A DNA stretch of 57,477 bases from Anaerolineales bacterium (lineage in GTDB: Bacteria > Chloroflexota > Anaerolineae > Anaerolineales > UBA4823): contig DATDRQ010000077.1 in assembly GCA_035291645.1 (NCBI GenBank), positions 1-57,477 on the forward strand. Reading direction: 5' to 3'. Made by a program: the position numbers and the translations under genes. Positions 42,933 to 52,079 of this stretch are shown in pieces. The notes beneath the pieces were generated by a model. The model did no database searches. It saw only the letters and a list, made by a program, of their open reading frames with translations, and was not told the DNA's origin. Numbering within the stretch: position 1 is the first letter of the stretch; each line of letters begins with the position of its first letter.

Positions 42933-44812
42933 ATCCAGGCGTCGCCCGGGTGCTCGCGGCGCAGGTCGGCGAAGGTGGGCAGGATGCCGCAGGCGAAGCA
43001 GCCCTCCCGGCAGTCATGGGTCGTCTCCGCAATCTGGCTGCGCATATACTCATCGAAGAGGAACTTCTTACGCAGGGTGGTGCTGATGTGCTCCCAGGGG
43101 AAAACCTCGAAGGCCGGTCGTGGGCGGTCGGTGTAGAAGGCCGGGTCGAGGCCGGCTTCGTCGAAGGCTGCCAGCCAGGCCGGCATGGAGAAGTGCTCCT
43201 TCCAGGCGTCGAAGCGGGCGCCGCGCTGCCAGGCCCGGTAGACGACCTCCGCCATGCGGCGGTCGCCGCGCGACAGCCAGGCCTCCAGCAGCGTTTCGTC
43301 CGGTTTCGTCCAGGTCAGCTTGAGCCCGGCGCCGCGCATCTGCCGGCGCAGCAGAGCCTGTTTGGCGAGGATGTTCTCGCGGGTGTCGCACGGCACCCAC
43401 TGGAAAGGGGTGTGCGGTTTAGGGACAAAGGTGCTGACCCCGGCGTGCAGGTTGGCGCGCTTGCCGATCTCCTGGCGGCCTATGGCCAGGACCGTCTTGC
43501 ACAGGTCGACGATCGCCTGCACGTCCTCGAGCGTCTCGGACGGGTGCCCGATCATGAAATAAAGCTTGAGAGTGGGCCAGCCGCGGGCGTAGATGGCGCG
43601 GGCTGTCTCCAACAGCTGCGCGGTGCTGACCGGTTTGTTGATGATGCGGCGCATGCGTTCGGTGGCGGCCTCCGGCGCCAGGGTGAAGCCGCTGCGCCGC
43701 TCGTCCATCACGGCGTCCATCAGGTCCACCGAGACGGTCTCGATGCGCAGGGAGGGCAGCGAGACGGACAGGTGGCGTCCCAGGAAGTGCTCCCGGACGG
43801 TCTGGACCAGATCGATGATGTGCGTATAGTCGGAAGAAGATAAAGAAAGCAGGCCGATCTCCTCGAAGCCGGTTTGGGCGATAGCTTGCTCGACCGCCGC
43901 CAGGATTTCCGCCACGGGGCGTTCGCGTACCGGGCGAGTGATCATCCCGGCGTGGCAGAAACGGCAGCCGCGCGTGCAGCCGCGCATGATCTCGATCGGG
44001 ATACGGTTGTGGACCGTGTCGACGTAGGGGACGATGAAGCGGGTGGGCGGGGGCGGGAGCTGGGCGACGATGCGTTTCTGCACCGGCAGCGGAGCGCCTT
44101 CCCATAATGACTCGATGCGGGCGAAGGCACCGTTTGGGTGGTAGTGGGCTACGTACAGGGAGGGCACGTAGACTCCCCAGATGCGCGCCAGCCCGTGCAG
44201 CAGGTCGGCGCGCGAGCCGCTGCCCGCCTTCCAGGCCTGGTGGGAGTCGACGATATCGTGGATCACCTCCTCACCCTCGCCGATGGCGAAGGCGTCGATG
44301 AAGGCGTGCATCGGCTCGGGGTTGAAGGCGGTGTGCCCGCCGGCGATCACCAGCGGGTGCTCTGTGGTGCGCTCGACGCTGACCAGCGGGATGCCCGCCA
44401 GGTCGAGAGCGTTGAGGGTGTTGGTGTAGAGGGTCTCGTAGGGCAGGGAGAAACCGATGATGTCGAAGTCGGAGAGCGGGTGCTTGCTTTCTAGGGAGTA
44501 GAGCGGCAGGCCTGCCTTGCGCATAGCCACTTCCATGTCGCTCCACGGGCAGAAAGCCCGCTCCGCCAATGTATCTTCTCGCCGGTTGAGCTGGTCGTAC
44601 AGGATGGTCATGCCCAGGTTGGACATGCCCAGGTCGTAGAGGTCGGGGAAGACCAGGGCCACGCGGGTGCGCACGCTGTCCCAGTCCTTGACCACCTGGT
44701 TGAGCTCGCCACCGGTGTAACGCCCCGGCTTCTGCACGCTGGGCAGGATGCGCTCCAGACGGGAAGTAACTTCGGCGGGGGTCAACCGTTCGCTTAACAA
44801 TTCCTTCAGCAC
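42887..44812 (-). CDS. B12-binding-domain radical SAM protein (TIGR03960 family)
   Basis: 641 aa. CxxxCxxC cluster motif in MRGCTRGCRFCHAG. N-terminal B12-like region and the conserved C-terminal extension. Confidence 0.88.
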   Translation of the reverse strand: MLKELLSERLTPAEVTSRLERILPSVQKPGRYTGGELNQVVKDWDSVRTRVALVFPDLYDLGMSNLGMTILYDQLNRREDTLAERAFCPWSDMEVAMRKAGLPLYSLESKHPLSDFDIIGFSLPYETLYTNTLNALDLAGIPLVSVERTTEHPLVIAGGHTAFNPEPMHAFIDAFAIGEGEEVIHDIVDSHQAWKAGSGSRADLLHGLARIWGVYVPSLYVAHYHPNGAFARIESLWEGAPLPVQKRIVAQLPPPPTRFIVPYVDTVHNRIPIEIMRGCTRGCRFCHAGMITRPVRERPVAEILAAVEQAIAQTGFEEIGLLSLSSSDYTHIIDLVQTVREHFLGRHLSVSLPSLRIETVSVDLMDAVMDERRSGFTLAPEAATERMRRIINKPVSTAQLLETARAIYARGWPTLKLYFMIGHPSETLEDVQAIVDLCKTVLAIGRQEIGKRANLHAGVSTFVPKPHTPFQWVPCDTRENILAKQALLRRQMRGAGLKLTWTKPDETLLEAWLSRGDRRMAEVVYRAWQRGARFDAWKEHFSMPAWLAAFDEAGLDPAFYTDRPRPAFEVFPWEHISTTLRKKFLFDEYMRSQIAETTHDCREGCFACGILPTFADLRREHPGDAWMCPQVSPKKRVAVSN

Positions 44813-44923
44813 AAGCCATCTCCAATCTGACCTTCATCACTCAGAAGGCGAGTGATGGAGGAAGAAATACCGACCTAACCAGTCTGGAATATGGATTATA
44901 ACAAAATGTATGCGGATGGCAAA

Positions 44924-44980
44924 AGGGGCACGGCAAGGGAGCTCGAGCCCAACGATCGAGGTTTTTCTTGCCGTGCCCCT
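44924..44980 (-). terminator. Intrinsic terminator overlapping the ndk stop codon
   Basis: On the minus strand: AGGGGCACGGCAAG, a 28-nt loop, CTTGCCGTGCCCCT, then TTTGCC. The stem is ~14 bp. Confidence 0.55.
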
Positions 44981-45431
44981 ACTCCTCAAAAATCCAGGGG
45001 TCGACCGAGCGTTCCCAGGCGACCAGCTCTTCAGGCCGGAACCACAGCTCTACCTCGGCCACGCCGTTCTCGACCGAATCGGAAGCGTGGGTCAGGTTGC
45101 GCCCGACCTCCAAGGCGAAGTCGTGACGCAGGGAGCCGGGGGCGGCCTCAGTCGGGCGGGTGGCGCCCATCGTCTGGCGCACCGCCGCCACTGCGTTCGG
45201 TCCCTCCCAGACCATCGCCATGACCGGGGCCGAGGTGATGTAGCGGATCAGGCCTTCATAGAAAGGTTTGCCCTTGTGGATGGAGTAGTGAGTTTCGGCC
45301 AGCTGCTGACTGACCTGTAAGAATTTAGCGCCTACCAGGCGCAGGCCGCGCCGTTCCAGGCGGGTGGTGATTTCCCCGATCAGGCCGCGCTGCACGCCGT
45401 CGGGTTTGACGAGAACCAAAGTTCGTTCCAA
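44979..45431 (-). CDS. ndk: Nucleoside diphosphate kinase
   Basis: 150 aa. LVLVKPDGVQRGLIGEI and the active-site block NLTHASDS. Confidence 0.95.
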   Translation of the reverse strand: MERTLVLVKPDGVQRGLIGEITTRLERRGLRLVGAKFLQVSQQLAETHYSIHKGKPFYEGLIRYITSAPVMAMVWEGPNAVAAVRQTMGATRPTEAAPGSLRHDFALEVGRNLTHASDSVENGVAEVELWFRPEELVAWERSVDPWIFEE

Positions 45432-45454
45432 GAGGCCTCCGAGATTTGCAGTTG

Positions 45455-45479
45455 GCGGTTAGCGGTTAGCGGTTAGCGG
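45455..45479. repeat. Heptamer tandem repeat (GCGGTTA) x ~3.6
   Basis: A direct read gives GCGGTTA GCGGTTA GCGGTTA GCGGA. Confidence 0.8.
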
Positions 45480-45496
45480 ACAGCGATCTGCCGTCA

Positions 45497-45626
45497 GCAA
45501 TCGGCCAACCGGTAGACCGGGTGAGCGGCGAGAAAAGTTCCTGTTACCGGTTGGCACGCAATCGGCCAACCAGTAGATCGTGTGGGCGGCGAGAAGAGAT
45601 CCTATTACCGGTTGGCACGCAATCAG
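45497..45626. repeat. 61-bp tandem repeat, 2 full copies plus a partial third, each with an internal long-range inverted repeat
   Basis: Copy 1 is 45497-45557 and copy 2 is 45558-45618, and GCAATC starts again at 45619. Each copy contains GGCCAACC(G/A)GTA...TACCGGTTGGC. Confidence 0.85.
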
Positions 45627-45636
45627 AAATCGAAAA

Positions 45637-48600
45637 TTATCTTAGCAAGTCTTCGGCCCGGTCGTAGGCTTCCAGGGCCTCCTGGAGGCGGCCGGCGCGC
45701 GCCAGGGCGTCGCCCAGGGCCTGGTATAGAGAAGACTCGGCCGGGTGAAGCGCGAGAGCCTGTTGCACCTCCCGGATGACTTCATCCAGCTGCTGCTCGT
45801 GGCGGATCAAGCTGACATAGCGTGCCACCGCCGCGGGGATGTCGCCAACGGACAGGCTTTGCCAGGCCTGCGACAGCTCGGGAACTTCGGAGGCGGGCGA
45901 TTGACTCTCGGGCACGACGGTCAGGATCAGGCGCAGGCGCAATTCCTCCACCGTCTCGGGGGTGATCCCTGGGACCTGCCCAAGCTGGTCTAAACTGGTG
46001 AACGGGCCGTGCTGCTCGCGGTAGGTCACGATATTCTGAGCCAGGATAAAGCCGACGCTGGGCAGGCGTTCGAGCTGCGCCTGGGAAGCTGCGTTCAGGT
46101 CGAGCAGGCCTTCGGGCGCGTGCTCCGGCAGTTTGGCGGCATCCAGTAAGCCGGTAGCCGCCGCACTGGCGAACCACTCGGTCTCCTCGACGTCGGCCGC
46201 GGGGGTTGGCTCTGCCGTTGCGTACTCACGCAGCCACTCGGGCAGCTCGTCCGAGGCCTTTTGGGGGGCGAGCGAGATCTCTTCTGCCGGTTGGGTCTCT
46301 TGTGGGGCGGCAGGCGGTTCCTCCAACCACTCGTAAACCTCAGCGCCGGCCGCTGCTACGGGCAGCTCTTCGGCGGCGGGTTTTTCGACTCCGGCCTCTA
46401 CCTCGGCGGACGGCTGCTCTTCATCTAACATCCGGTCGGCAGCGTATACCGCGCCGGCAGCAGCCAGGACATCCGCCAGGCTGCCGGAGGCGCCAGCCGG
46501 TGCGGTCTCCTCTTCAAGAAGGGGAGCTTCTTCAACTTCTTCCGGTTTCCCGTCCAGTTCGCCAAGGGCGGTGCCAGCTGCAACCGCGCCGGCCAATCCG
46601 AGCCAGGGGGGCGCCGGTTCTTCGCGCGTCTCCTCGACCGGCCCGGCTTCCCACACTGCTTCTTCGAGCAGAGGTTCTTCGGCCGAGACTTCCACTTCCT
46701 CGACAGCGGCTTGATCTTCGGCGCTCAAGCCTTGAAGCCAGGCGTAAGTGGATTCCTGATCCTCAGCCAGGAAAGGCATTTCTTCATCAGCCGAAACGGT
46801 CTCCGGCGTTGTCTCGAAGGTTTCTTCTGCGGCTTCCTCGAACAGGCGCACCGGGCGGGTGTCGCCTTCGATCTGCGGCGGTTCGGCCGCTTCCACTTTC
46901 GCCGGGCGCTCAGCGAGTATCTCGCCGGCGACTCCCACTGCACCGGCGGCCATGGCGGCCTGCAGCCAACCTGGAACCTCCTCTTCTGCTGGCTGGACCG
47001 CTTCTTCGTCGGTGGTTTCACCTGCTTCGGCCGGGGCGGCCTCGCTTTCAAGAGCCTCTCCGCTGATGGCGCGCAGCCAATCCGGGACGGTTTCTCTACC
47101 TTCCGGCTGGTCCTCGAAGGCCTTGACACCATGGGGGGCTTGTGTTTCCGGTTCGCCGGCCAATTCCTTTAGCCAATCGGGCGTGGTGTCTTCAATTTCG
47201 GCGGGTGAGGCAGCCTCGGCCGTCTCTGCAGCCAGCCCGCTCTCTCCAGTATCTTCGGGCGCCAGGGAAGCCAGGAATGCCAGGCTGGATGCTTCGGCCG
47301 CGAGCGGGGGTTCAACCAATGTTTCGCCGGACGGCTGGCTTTCTTCTTCAACAGGTGTTTCTAATGTCTCTGGCGGGCTGAGCTCCTGAAGCCAGGCGGG
47401 GACTCCTTCTTCTTCCGCCTCGACCTCTGCCTCCACCAGTGACTCTTCTGCAAGCAGTTGCCCGGCTTCCTCTGGCTCTCCGACAGCCGGCTCCTGTTCT
47501 TCCAGGGATTCCTCCAAGAGTGTTTCGCCTGCGACGACGGCTGAGCCGCCTTCGGCCAACCATTCTGCCACACCCTCGGGTTCTTCCGGAAGGGCCTCGC
47601 CGGGTCCGGCGGCTCCGGACTCGGAGGACAAGGCGGCGCTCTCCACCGCTACGCCCTCAGCCTCCAGGGAGGCCTCTTCGACAGCCTGAGCTTCACTTTC
47701 CTCCCCCAACCCTTCTTCAGCCAGGTCTTGCTCCTCTTCTTGACTCGCAATGAGCGCAGCTGCTCCCAATCCTACGGTGCCTGCTACTCCGGCTGCCTGT
47801 GTTCCAGCCAGCCAATCGGGCAACTCATCGTCCGGCTTTGGGCTCTCTTCAAGAGCCGCCCCGGCGTCGGCGACCTGCACCCCTGCCAGCCAATCCGGTA
47901 AAGTCTCCGGCTCTTCCTGGATTATTTCGTCGGTTGCGGCGGCTTCGACCTCCGCCGTGAAAGCCTCACTTTCACCTGCGGCGACCTCTTCTGCTAGCTT
48001 CTCCTCGGGTTGCGCTTCCGATTCATCATCCTCGGATAGGGCGGCGGCTACGCCCAGGCCTGCCGCTGCGGCAGCAGTTCCGGCCAGCCAGTCCGGCAGA
48101 TCGGTCTCTCCTGGCGCTTCCATTTCCTCCGGCGGGACAGGCTGTCCTTCTGGCGCCAGGGAGCGCAGCCACTCCGGGATTTCGCTCTCTTGCGGAGTCT
48201 CCTCTACGAAGGGTTCAGGTTCGACCGGCGGCTCCTGGATAGATTCGGTTACGGCTACCCACCCTGCGGCGTGCATCCAATCGGGGAGCTCTTCGCCAGG
48301 GGTTCCAGTCTCGGCGGGGACTTCCTGTTCCGCTGCGGAGGTGGATTCAGCAATCGTTGGCGCGGTGGCCTCTGGTTCAGCGAGCGGTGGTTCTGCAGAA
48401 GCCGGTCTGGCTCGCTCCGGTGCCAACTCGGCTGTAACGCCGATTACCAGGCGGTCCAGCATGACGGCCTCATCCGGTACCTGCTCGGCAGCTGGGTAAT
48501 CCGGTGAGACGTGCGCTCTGTACGGGTCGATCGCCTCGACGCGTTGCTTGTAATAGGATGCCTCGGAAGCGCGTTCGGTGGAGGGAAGCACCTCCGCCAT

Positions 48601-49212
48601 GATGCGGTTAGCTTCCAGGCAATTCGGCAGGCGGTTGAGCAGCGCCGAACAGGTCTCCACCGCGATATTGCGCTGCCCGGTCTGGAAGTACAGGCGCGCC
48701 AGCACCACCTGCAGGTCGGGTCGCTGCGGGTCTTCTGCCAGGATGGCGCGCAGCTCGCCGATCGCCTGGCTGTACAGGTGGCTGCGAGCAGACATGCGCG
48801 CCAGAGCGCCGCGCGTCAGGGAGACCTTGATTGGGGGCGTGCCGTCACGCTGCCCGTACAGACGGCGCAGCTCCGCCTGGATGGCGGCGTTGGAAGGCTG
48901 CACGTCGAAAGCCCGCTCCATATGCCAGATGGCTTCTTCGAGGCCGCTCGCATCCTCACGGATGATGCTCATCCCTACGTGGGCGATGAAATCATCCGGA
49001 ATGCAGGAGAGCACTCGCTGCAGAACATCCTCGGCATCGCTATAGCGCTGTACTTCCAGGTAAGCCTTACCAAGGAGGCGATACGTCGCGACGTGCTTGG
49101 GGAATCGTTCCAGGATGTGACGGCTGTGGGCGATAGCCTCCTCGATCTGGTTGCCTTCGATCAGGCCTTCGATCTCCCGATTATATGCTCGAAGTGAGAT
49201 GTCCGTCATCAT
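45637..49212 (-). CDS. TPR / acidic (P[DE]WL)n repeat / ComEA-like helix-hairpin-helix / TPR protein
   Basis: ATG at 49212, 5 nt after AAGGAG (the track ORF starts at the GTG at 49242). 1191 aa. N-terminal TPRs, then a ~700-aa Glu/Ala/Pro-rich region with 14-15 xWL motifs. The HhH block LDLNAASQAQLERLPSVGFILAQNIVTYREQHGPFTSLDQLGQVPGI lies at ~45928-46108. Confidence 0.85.
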   Translation of the reverse strand: MMTDISLRAYNREIEGLIEGNQIEEAIAHSRHILERFPKHVATYRLLGKAYLEVQRYSDAEDVLQRVLSCIPDDFIAHVGMSIIREDASGLEEAIWHMERAFDVQPSNAAIQAELRRLYGQRDGTPPIKVSLTRGALARMSARSHLYSQAIGELRAILAEDPQRPDLQVVLARLYFQTGQRNIAVETCSALLNRLPNCLEANRIMAEVLPSTERASEASYYKQRVEAIDPYRAHVSPDYPAAEQVPDEAVMLDRLVIGVTAELAPERARPASAEPPLAEPEATAPTIAESTSAAEQEVPAETGTPGEELPDWMHAAGWVAVTESIQEPPVEPEPFVEETPQESEIPEWLRSLAPEGQPVPPEEMEAPGETDLPDWLAGTAAAAAGLGVAAALSEDDESEAQPEEKLAEEVAAGESEAFTAEVEAAATDEIIQEEPETLPDWLAGVQVADAGAALEESPKPDDELPDWLAGTQAAGVAGTVGLGAAALIASQEEEQDLAEEGLGEESEAQAVEEASLEAEGVAVESAALSSESGAAGPGEALPEEPEGVAEWLAEGGSAVVAGETLLEESLEEQEPAVGEPEEAGQLLAEESLVEAEVEAEEEGVPAWLQELSPPETLETPVEEESQPSGETLVEPPLAAEASSLAFLASLAPEDTGESGLAAETAEAASPAEIEDTTPDWLKELAGEPETQAPHGVKAFEDQPEGRETVPDWLRAISGEALESEAAPAEAGETTDEEAVQPAEEEVPGWLQAAMAAGAVGVAGEILAERPAKVEAAEPPQIEGDTRPVRLFEEAAEETFETTPETVSADEEMPFLAEDQESTYAWLQGLSAEDQAAVEEVEVSAEEPLLEEAVWEAGPVEETREEPAPPWLGLAGAVAAGTALGELDGKPEEVEEAPLLEEETAPAGASGSLADVLAAAGAVYAADRMLDEEQPSAEVEAGVEKPAAEELPVAAAGAEVYEWLEEPPAAPQETQPAEEISLAPQKASDELPEWLREYATAEPTPAADVEETEWFASAAATGLLDAAKLPEHAPEGLLDLNAASQAQLERLPSVGFILAQNIVTYREQHGPFTSLDQLGQVPGITPETVEELRLRLILTVVPESQSPASEVPELSQAWQSLSVGDIPAAVARYVSLIRHEQQLDEVIREVQQALALHPAESSLYQALGDALARAGRLQEALEAYDRAEDLLR

Positions 49213-49281
49213 ATTCGCTCCTTGCCATCGCAGCTTGTACACCCTCGTAAAGGTACTATACCATGATCGGATCGAAACCTG

Positions 49282-51654
49282 TCAATCCCCAGGGACCGCG
49301 GCCACCTCGGGTTCGGCAATTTTCGAGCCAGATCGCTTGCTGCGCAGGATCGCCCAGACCAGGATAGCGACCAGCACCAGCACGGCGATCCAGCCGGAGA
49401 AGCCCAGGTTTTTGTAAACCACTACGATCGGGGCGACAATCAGCGCTACCAGGTTGACGACTTTGATCATCGGGTTCAGGGCGGGACCGGCCGTGTCCTT
49501 GAACGGGTCGCCGACCGTATCACCGACTACGCCGGCTTTGTGGCGCTCGGATCCCTTGCCCAGGTTGTTCGCCGGATCTCTCGGCTCGTCTTCGATCAGT
49601 TTCTTGGCGTTATCCCACGCGCCGCCGGAGTTGTTCAGGAAGACCGCCAGCAGCTGGCCGGAGAGGATGATCCCGGCCAGGAAGCCGCCCAGGGCTTCCA
49701 CCTGGAAAAGCAGTCCGACCAGGATCGGCGAGACGACGGCGATGGCTGCCAGGGGGATCAATTCTTTTTGGGCAGCTTCGGTCGAAAGAGCAACCGCTTG
49801 CCGGTAATCCGGTTTGACTTTGCCCTCCAGCACGCCCAGTTTGAACTGGCGGCGAACTTCCTGGATGATCTGCGCGGCTGCCCGGCTGACTGCCTGGATG
49901 GCGAACGCGGAGAACAGCCAGGGAATGGCGCCGCCGATCAGCATCCCTACGAACACCTGGGGGATGGATACGCGGATGCCGCCGGCCAGGGCGGTGGGGT
50001 CAACCCGGCTGACGTCGGTGATAAAGGAGCCGAACAGGGAGACCGCTGCGATCACCGCCGAGCTGATGGCTATGCCTTTGGTGATGGCTTTGGTCGTGTT
50101 GCCGACCGCGTCCAGGTCGGCCATGATCTTGCGGGCGGCGTTGGTCTCCGGGTCGTCCAGGTCGTGCCAGGCCATCTCGCCGATGCCGTTGGCGTTGTCG
50201 GAGATCGGCCCGAACGAGTCCATCGCCACGTTGTTGCCGGTCAGGGTCAACATCCCGATGCCGGTCAGGGCGACGCCATACAGGATGAAGGTGAATTGGA
50301 GTGCCGGTTCGGCGGTGACACCCCCGAAGATCAGGATAGAGGCGAAGATGGTCGCCGCGATGACCAGGACCGACCACACCGATGATTCGAAGCCGGTCGA
50401 GATGCCCGACAGGATCAGGGTCGCCGGGCCGGTGTCGGCGGATTTCTTGATCTCCTTAACGGGTGAACTGTGAGTGCCGGTGAAGTAGTCGGTCAGGCGA
50501 TCGATCAGGATCGCCAGCAGCACTCCTGCGGCGGTCGCCAGGAAGGGCCGCCACCAGCCGCCATCCACCCCGCCCATATACAGCAAGGCGACGAGACCGA
50601 AGAACACGACCGAGATGGCGGCGGAGGTGAGGAAGCCGGTGAAGATGGCCCGCATGGCGTCGCCGCTCTTGCCGGTGCCGCCGCGCACCAGGTAAGTACC
50701 GAAGATGGAAGCCAGCACGCCGATGCCGCGCACCAGCAGCGGGAAGATGATCCACTCGAGTTGACCGGTAATGGTGGTCAGGGCGACTCCCAGGATCAGG
50801 CTCGAGACGATGGTTACCTCGTAGGATTCGAAAATATCGGCAGCCATGCCGGCGCAGTCGCCGACGTTATCTCCGACCAAGTCGGCGATCACCGCCGGGT
50901 TGCGCGGGTCGTCCTCCGGGATGCCGGCCTCGATCTTGCCGACCAGGTCCGCCCCGACGTCAGCGGCTTTCGTGAAGATACCCCCGCCTACCCGCATAAA
51001 CAACGCCAGCAGGGTGCCGCCGAAGCCGAAACCCAGCAGGGCGTCTGGCGCGGCGATGCCGAAAATTATGAAGATCAGGGTGCCTCCCAGCAACCCGAGG
51101 CCATCGGTGAGCATGCCGGTGATGGTGCCAGTCCGGTAGGCGATGCGCAGCGAATCCCCAAAGGACCGGCGGGCGGCGGAGGCGACGCGCACGTTGCCCT
51201 GCACGGCCATGCGCATACCGATCTGGCCGACCGCCAGCGAGAAACCGGCGCCCATGACGAAGGCGATGGCCCGACCGAAGCCGATGTAGGTGCGGACCTG
51301 CTGTTTTTCAGCCAGGGTCAGGTTCTGGGCGCAGGTTCCACTTTCCTCCAGCGTACTTCCTTTAAATGCCATACAGTACCACGCGGAGGCTTCCATCGTC
51401 GGAGGCACAACATAGACCGAGGCGAACAGGGCGATCGTCAGGACGGCGATCAGCGGCAGGATCGACCGCAGCTGCCGGCGCAGGTAGGCGTCTGCGCCCT
51501 CCCGGATAGCATTCCAAACTTCCAGCATCTTAGCGGTGCCCTTATCCTCTTTCATAATCTGGCCGCGTAAGAATACAGCATAGAGTAAGCCTAATATCGC
51601 GACCCCCAGCACACTCCAGATAGCGACTTGCTCGAACGTAGTAAGTCCGTACAC
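49282..51654 (-). CDS. hppA: Membrane-bound ion-translocating pyrophosphatase
   Basis: 790 aa, polytopic. Signature blocks GDNVGDCAGMAADIFESYEVT and GDTVGDPFKDTAGPALNP. Confidence 0.95.
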   Translation of the reverse strand: MYGLTTFEQVAIWSVLGVAILGLLYAVFLRGQIMKEDKGTAKMLEVWNAIREGADAYLRRQLRSILPLIAVLTIALFASVYVVPPTMEASAWYCMAFKGSTLEESGTCAQNLTLAEKQQVRTYIGFGRAIAFVMGAGFSLAVGQIGMRMAVQGNVRVASAARRSFGDSLRIAYRTGTITGMLTDGLGLLGGTLIFIIFGIAAPDALLGFGFGGTLLALFMRVGGGIFTKAADVGADLVGKIEAGIPEDDPRNPAVIADLVGDNVGDCAGMAADIFESYEVTIVSSLILGVALTTITGQLEWIIFPLLVRGIGVLASIFGTYLVRGGTGKSGDAMRAIFTGFLTSAAISVVFFGLVALLYMGGVDGGWWRPFLATAAGVLLAILIDRLTDYFTGTHSSPVKEIKKSADTGPATLILSGISTGFESSVWSVLVIAATIFASILIFGGVTAEPALQFTFILYGVALTGIGMLTLTGNNVAMDSFGPISDNANGIGEMAWHDLDDPETNAARKIMADLDAVGNTTKAITKGIAISSAVIAAVSLFGSFITDVSRVDPTALAGGIRVSIPQVFVGMLIGGAIPWLFSAFAIQAVSRAAAQIIQEVRRQFKLGVLEGKVKPDYRQAVALSTEAAQKELIPLAAIAVVSPILVGLLFQVEALGGFLAGIILSGQLLAVFLNNSGGAWDNAKKLIEDEPRDPANNLGKGSERHKAGVVGDTVGDPFKDTAGPALNPMIKVVNLVALIVAPIVVVYKNLGFSGWIAVLVLVAILVWAILRSKRSGSKIAEPEVAAVPGD

Positions 51655-51848
51655 AGGAATCCTCCGCAGGTGAAATAGATGATCGTGATTCTATGCAGGC
51701 CGGTCGAAATTGGCCTGCGGGAACTCTCCCTCGCCGTTATAACCCCCTTTTGAAAGATTAGGATTAGCGCTGGAATTGTACAATTGCACTGCTTTTGTGT
51801 CAAGAATCACGATTTATATTAGCGATTTATTAGAATTTTTGTAAGTGC

Positions 51849-51878
51849 TTGACTTTGACTCTTTTTTTGTTGTATAAA
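51849..51878 (+). promoter_or_regulatory. Candidate sigma70-type promoter for the ABC operon
   Basis: TTGACT at 51849-51854, an 18-nt spacer, TATAAA at 51873-51878, ~200 nt upstream of the ATPase ATG. Confidence 0.4.
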
Positions 51879-51950
51879 CTTACTGTGAACCTACCGGCAG
51901 CAGTTTACCTGAGGAACAACATGCAGGATAACCGCTGCCGTTGATGACGG

Positions 51951-51992
51951 GAGCACGCCACCAGCCTTTGGTCGCTGTGCTTTCTTGTTTTT
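51951..51992 (+). terminator. Terminator-like hairpin plus U-tract inside the ABC operon leader (possible attenuator)
   Basis: GAGCACGCCACCA pairs with TGGTCGCTGTGCTT (~11 pairs, one mismatch and one bulge, 5-nt loop). It is followed by TCTTGTTTTTG, ~90 nt before the ATG at 52080. Confidence 0.35.
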
Positions 51993-52079
51993 GATCTTCG
52001 ACCGGGCAAACGGTTGGGAAGACCCGGAGAAAACCGTTGCAAGGTTAAAGCCAAGTAAACACCTAACCAGGAGCAAGAC

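Noticed and set aside
45455-45626. Direct repeats that could be mistaken for a small CRISPR array.
   Set aside because: There are only two full 61-bp units. They abut directly with no unique spacers, each unit is internally palindromic over a long range, and there are no cas genes. This is a tandem REP-like repeat, not CRISPR.
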